Assembly: GCA_022813865.1 (NCBI GenBank)
Contig: JALDZX010000021.1
Coordinates: forward strand, 186,001-250,000
Length of the DNA stretch: 64,000 bases
Direction of reading: 5' to 3'
From: Xylographa opegraphella
Lineage: Eukaryota
The first letter of the stretch is position 1. Each line of letters begins with the position of its first letter. Under the pieces are notes generated by a model that ran no database searches, was not told the origin of the DNA, and was given only the letters and a program-made list of their open reading frames with translations. The translations under genes were made by a program, and so were the position numbers. Positions 60,008 through 64,000 of the stretch are shown here, one piece after another.

Positions 60008-63000
60008 CTAGAAACCCCCAAGGCCTACACAGATACAGATCAGCGGACCAGAGCTCAGCGCGCAGGGGAGCGACTTACCGGCTGCAAAAGCCAGATACCA
60101 AGTCCGGCTAGCCCCTCCGTCCAACCAGCCCGGATTAAAACTGTCGGAAGCGAAGAAGTCGAAGGAAGTTCGAGGATCAATGAGCGCCAGGTTGGCGTAG
60201 AGGAGTCCTTTCCACCCTCCTGCCACTTTGCTCGCAGCCGTGACTGCGTTCTCGGCGAAATAGGCATCCCATTCTTCGGTCACGAACCGCTTGCTCCGTA
60301 TGAACGCGGAGAATGGCATGAGGGGGATCATGTGAATACTACAGAGGCATTAATCGCCAGAAAATATATGACGAGGGACTCGAAACGGCGACTCACCCTT
60401 GAATGTACTCAAGATTCCCTCCGAAATATGTTGTGTGGTCGATTTTGTTTTCGAAGAGCTGTGATAGTCAGCATCACGTGGGATCCAGAAGAATGAGCAA
60501 ATGAACTCACGATTCCGGTCACTTTGTTCCCAATGAAGTTGGTGGGCTGTACGGTGTTGTCGCTTTCGAGCAGGAAATAATGCTGGAAACTCCGGTTCAG
60601 GATGGAGAGCATCAAGTTGCCTCGAGCCTCCATGGACACGTCGCCAATCACGCGGCCCCACATCTTCAGCGCGTAGGCAAACATGGCGTCCTCCGAAGTC
60701 GACTCCTGATCCTTGGAATCGCCGGATTCAAAGAGTCCTTTGGCGAACGAGTGTCCGTGGAACCAATCGAAAGCTCTTGAAAAGGGAAAATAGTTGTCAT
60801 CGGGACTCGGGTTTGCAACATCTCGAACCAGCGTGTTGACCCAATCTTTGTTCTCAGCAAGCCACGCCGGATCTAAATACCCTACGATGGCAGCTGCGTG
60901 TATGAAGTAGCCATAGTGGAAATGGTGGTCATTGTAATAAGTGTTTCCAAAGTCTGCGCCGGCGTCATTGGTTTTGTCTCGATAAGAAGCTGATGAGACT
61001 ACTCCGCCCCATACCGTGTCATACACGAGGGGAAACATTTGTCGGTTTGTTGTAAATAGAGTAAAAGCCGCTTTCAAATTGGAGAGTCCTTGTTGCGCAA
61101 GACTCGTCTCATTCGCTATATTATTGATGGTATAAACTATCGTGGCGAACTTGCTCAACGCTTTTCCGGCATAATACATACTGTTAAGGTTGGTTTGTGC
61201 ACCCATATCCTGATTGACCTCGCTGGAAGCAGCTTTCACGATTGCGGAAATCGTATTGCTCGAAAAATGAGTGACATTACCGGAGGCAGAACTCCATGGC
61301 GAAAATCCCATATCAGTAGGCAGATTCGTCTCGACTAAGTTCCAGTTATTTGCTATCACAGCCGTGGCTTTACCCTTCGTCGTAGTCGTGAGGCAGATAT
61401 TCGTAACGGTACTTGCCATGGATGGGTCGAATGACGAGAGGTGGTGAGGTAGAGCAAACATTAGCAATGGTCCACCAGTCGATGAACCTGCCTTATTCCA
61501 CGATATTTGATATGTAGCAGTTGTACCATCAGTGCTAACACCGCCTGTAACTTTGGCGGTGGCCGCATAAGCCCCAGCTGATCCATCAAAAACAGCATCC
61601 CCTGGAGCACCAGCTGGATTTCTTGCGATTTGTATCAACCCTGACCAACTATGTGGGCCTTGTAATAGGGTGTTAGACGTGAGATTGAAAGAGGGATCTT
61701 GGCTATTAGACGGCAAGGCGTATATCAACCATTCTTTTCCATCTTCAAGCGTTGCAGTGTACTTGAAAATGCCAGGACGTGGCGAACCGCTCTTGGCTAC
61801 ATTGCGAAAGAAAACGCTACTCTGAATAGTCGGCTGTAGATCTGTATATATACCCGTCACAATCCCCATTCCTTGGACGAGTGGAAACTTGATACTCGAT
61901 CCAGAACTTTTTTGTGGTTGCAAGTTGGCGTTCACGGAGAAAGCTTCCAATCCGTCAGTCGTCAAAACGGTTGATTCTCCCAACTCTGTAGCTGACAGGA
62001 TGATGGATTGTATGCCGATTGGATTGATAAAATACTGTACAGGTGCTCCGGGAATGGCTGGATTTTGAGGCCCGTATGCTCTCTGATCTTCGTCAATCTG
62101 AGAGATGCTCATGCCCCAGCTCCGAGCGTTACCAGAACCATGACTCCAAGCTACGGAATATGGATGCGTCCAGACTCCTTGAGTCTGTCCACCAAGGAAG
62201 AGATTTGCATAGAACTTATTTGTAGAAACAGGGTTGTTTTGGGTAGCCTATAGAATAATTACTCAGCCAAGGTATCTACTTCTGTAGAAACCAGTTATCT
62301 TACAATACCCAACCTTGGTACTGGATGATCACTGCGGGAAGTAATCTGACTTGGTGGCGGGCGAGTGTCGATAGCTTGGAACACGTCGATCAGGTGCGCA
62401 ATACCGGTAGCTGTAGGGTATGGACGAGGAGAAAAATTGGCAGTACTTGATAGTGAAGAAGTACCAGATGGCGAAGGAACTGAATACGGCGTATGACTTG
62501 CACCGGAGCTAAATTGCTTGGTTAATTAGAAGACATTCTGTAGGATGGAAATACGCTTGGGCTTGATAGGGCGGGCTTGGTATATGAGGTATAGTGCCTT
62601 GCTCAATATAACAGTATGTTGGGAACCTAGAGGTAGAAATTGTGCTCTAGAAGTAGAAACTGTGAACAACATGAACACATGGCAGCAAGAATGCTCAAAC
62701 AAGCTGCACACATTATCGAATAGTATCGCGAAAAACCACGTCGACCTCATCCTGATTGATTGCCAACAGAATACTGCCTGTGTATCCGTGCAGTAACATA
62801 CTACTTAAGTAGATAATTCGGTACTTCAGGAGTCACATAAAACTGCAAGTAGAGGTGATATATGAATAATGCGTACTCTCAAACAAACACAGTTCATCTA
62901 TAGAAATGGAAATATAGCACACTTCGCTTTGTTATGAGACGCAGTCCCGTCTCCTCTAAGGAATGTAAGAAGCGCTTGGCTCGAGCGGGTTCCGAACTCA

Positions 63001-63113
63001 GTCGTATACTGTAGATACACCACGATAAGAATAAACAATAAGGCGTACCCAGTATTGCCGGGGAATCCTTGATGGCCACTTCTCAATCGTTGCTTGAGCC
63101 TCGAGAAGACCAT
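60008..63113 (-). CDS. Endo-1,3-beta-glucanase, glycoside hydrolase family 81 (Eng1/Dse4/Acf2-like); 5' end uncertain
   Basis: DHPVPRLGI|..TNKFYAN, FPLVQGMG, FALPHH, SMYYAGKALSKFA, DFGNTYYNDHHFHYGYFI, FDWFHGHSFAKGLFESGDSKDQESTSED, NKVTGI|LFENKIDHTTYFG, IHMIPL and WLDGGASRTWYLA. Confidence 0.92.
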
Positions 63114-63618
63114 TGTGTCTAGGGCAAGTACGGAGAAGATTGACAAGGCTTATATGACACATCTGCGTAGTTAAACAACGACAATTTATCGTCTTTGGTG
63201 TTCGAAAGTGCTGTGTGAGCGGAGTGCTTTACACCTCAGGTGACCAGCGAGATTCCAGGTTGGGATGTGGATATGGTTTTGACGTGACACACCGGAAATT
63301 TTATCGTCCAACATGAGATGTCAATTATAATTGAGATAAGCATATGAAATTAAAGATAAACTGTACATTAGGGGCGCCCAATGTATAGTTACAAACGATC
63401 TTGGTCATGAAATTGTATTCATTCCGTTGGCTCGTTATCCTATAGCGCGTGGACGACCTCCGTTGAAATGGCACTACCGTGCTACGAATAACCAAAATTG
63501 CCCTGTCGGATTCCGTATCCAAGCACGAATCCACACACGCACCTGTTCTGAATGCCCACTACGCTAAGTCGCTATCAACAAAAGTCCGGCACAGTAACCA
63601 CTAGTCTCGCTGCCTCCG

Positions 63619-64000
63619 CTAACTCTCTGCTTCATCCTCAACGCTTGTAGTAATTACGTATGGCAGGTCCAAAGGTCCTGCATTTTCTACCAAGCGGATC
63701 ACGCTTCCTCCGCTCCGCTGCGAACTTGCACTCGACTTGTTCGATCGAACTTTCTGCATAGAGTTATTCGACGAGGTCATTCGCCGTGCCGATGTCGTTT
63801 GCCGTCTCGACCGCACTGATCCTGTTCCTCTCGATGGGTCTCTCGTACGTCTCATTCGCGATGGAGCAGTCCGGACTGTACCTTCACTACCAGCCAGCGA
63901 GCCGCTGGATGATTTGTGATGCAATTGCGGACCATCGAATAAGCCGTTGTACGGCATCGGAGTGTGAAATTGTGTACGCTGAACCGTGTCTGTGGAGCTG
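63619..64000 (-). CDS. C-terminal, Ser/Arg-rich disordered end of an unidentified gene running off the window
   Basis: Frame open from the window edge to a stop at 63619 (...KSSSGSLAGSEGTVR...VIRLVENAGPLDLPYVITTSVEDEAES*). Confidence 0.55.
   Translation of the reverse strand, partial: SSTDTVQRTQFHTPMPYNGLFDGPQLHHKSSSGSLAGSEGTVRTAPSRMRRTRDPSRGTGSVRSRRQTTSARRMTSSNNSMQKVRSNKSSASSQRSGGSVIRLVENAGPLDLPYVITTSVEDEAES

Overview
Gene-dense, intron-containing chromosome segment from a filamentous ascomycete (Pezizomycotina). GT-AG introns are mostly about 50-100 nt with CTRAY branch sites. A lichen-forming lineage is my guess, not something the sequence establishes. It carries about 22 recognisable genes: STU2 (3' part), RPL8/eL8, a METTL7-like methyltransferase, a SidL-type siderophore acetyltransferase, MOB1, a LaeA-like methyltransferase, an MpaB'/DUF2236 oxygenase, a UDP-galactose transporter, MER3/HFM1, an LRR protein, MDP1, dynactin p27, a HeLo-like+ankyrin protein, a DJ-1/PfpI protein, MLP1/TPR, TFA2, COQ3, RIB3, a glycerol-3-phosphate acyltransferase, an MFS transporter, a GH81 endo-1,3-beta-glucanase, and the 3' end of an unidentified gene. 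Several small orphan or secreted ORFs lie between them. The most interesting items are: (1) a spliced, signal-peptide-bearing Kex2/Ste13-type prepro-protein (5320-6259) enclosing a 110-aa, Arg-free, Lys-rich amphipathic core that looks like a membrane-active or antimicrobial peptide; (2) a diverged in-frame tandem duplication of the oxygenase's C-terminal membrane anchor with many synonymous changes; (3) a HeLo-like-ANK protein with no NTPase domain; (4) small Cys-rich secreted proteins, one with a putative spliced in-frame extension beyond its stop codon; (5) GC-AG introns in MER3 and the LaeA-like gene. I saw no tRNA, rRNA, CRISPR array or intact transposon. Exon boundaries were read by eye and family calls come from motif recognition, with no database searches run.
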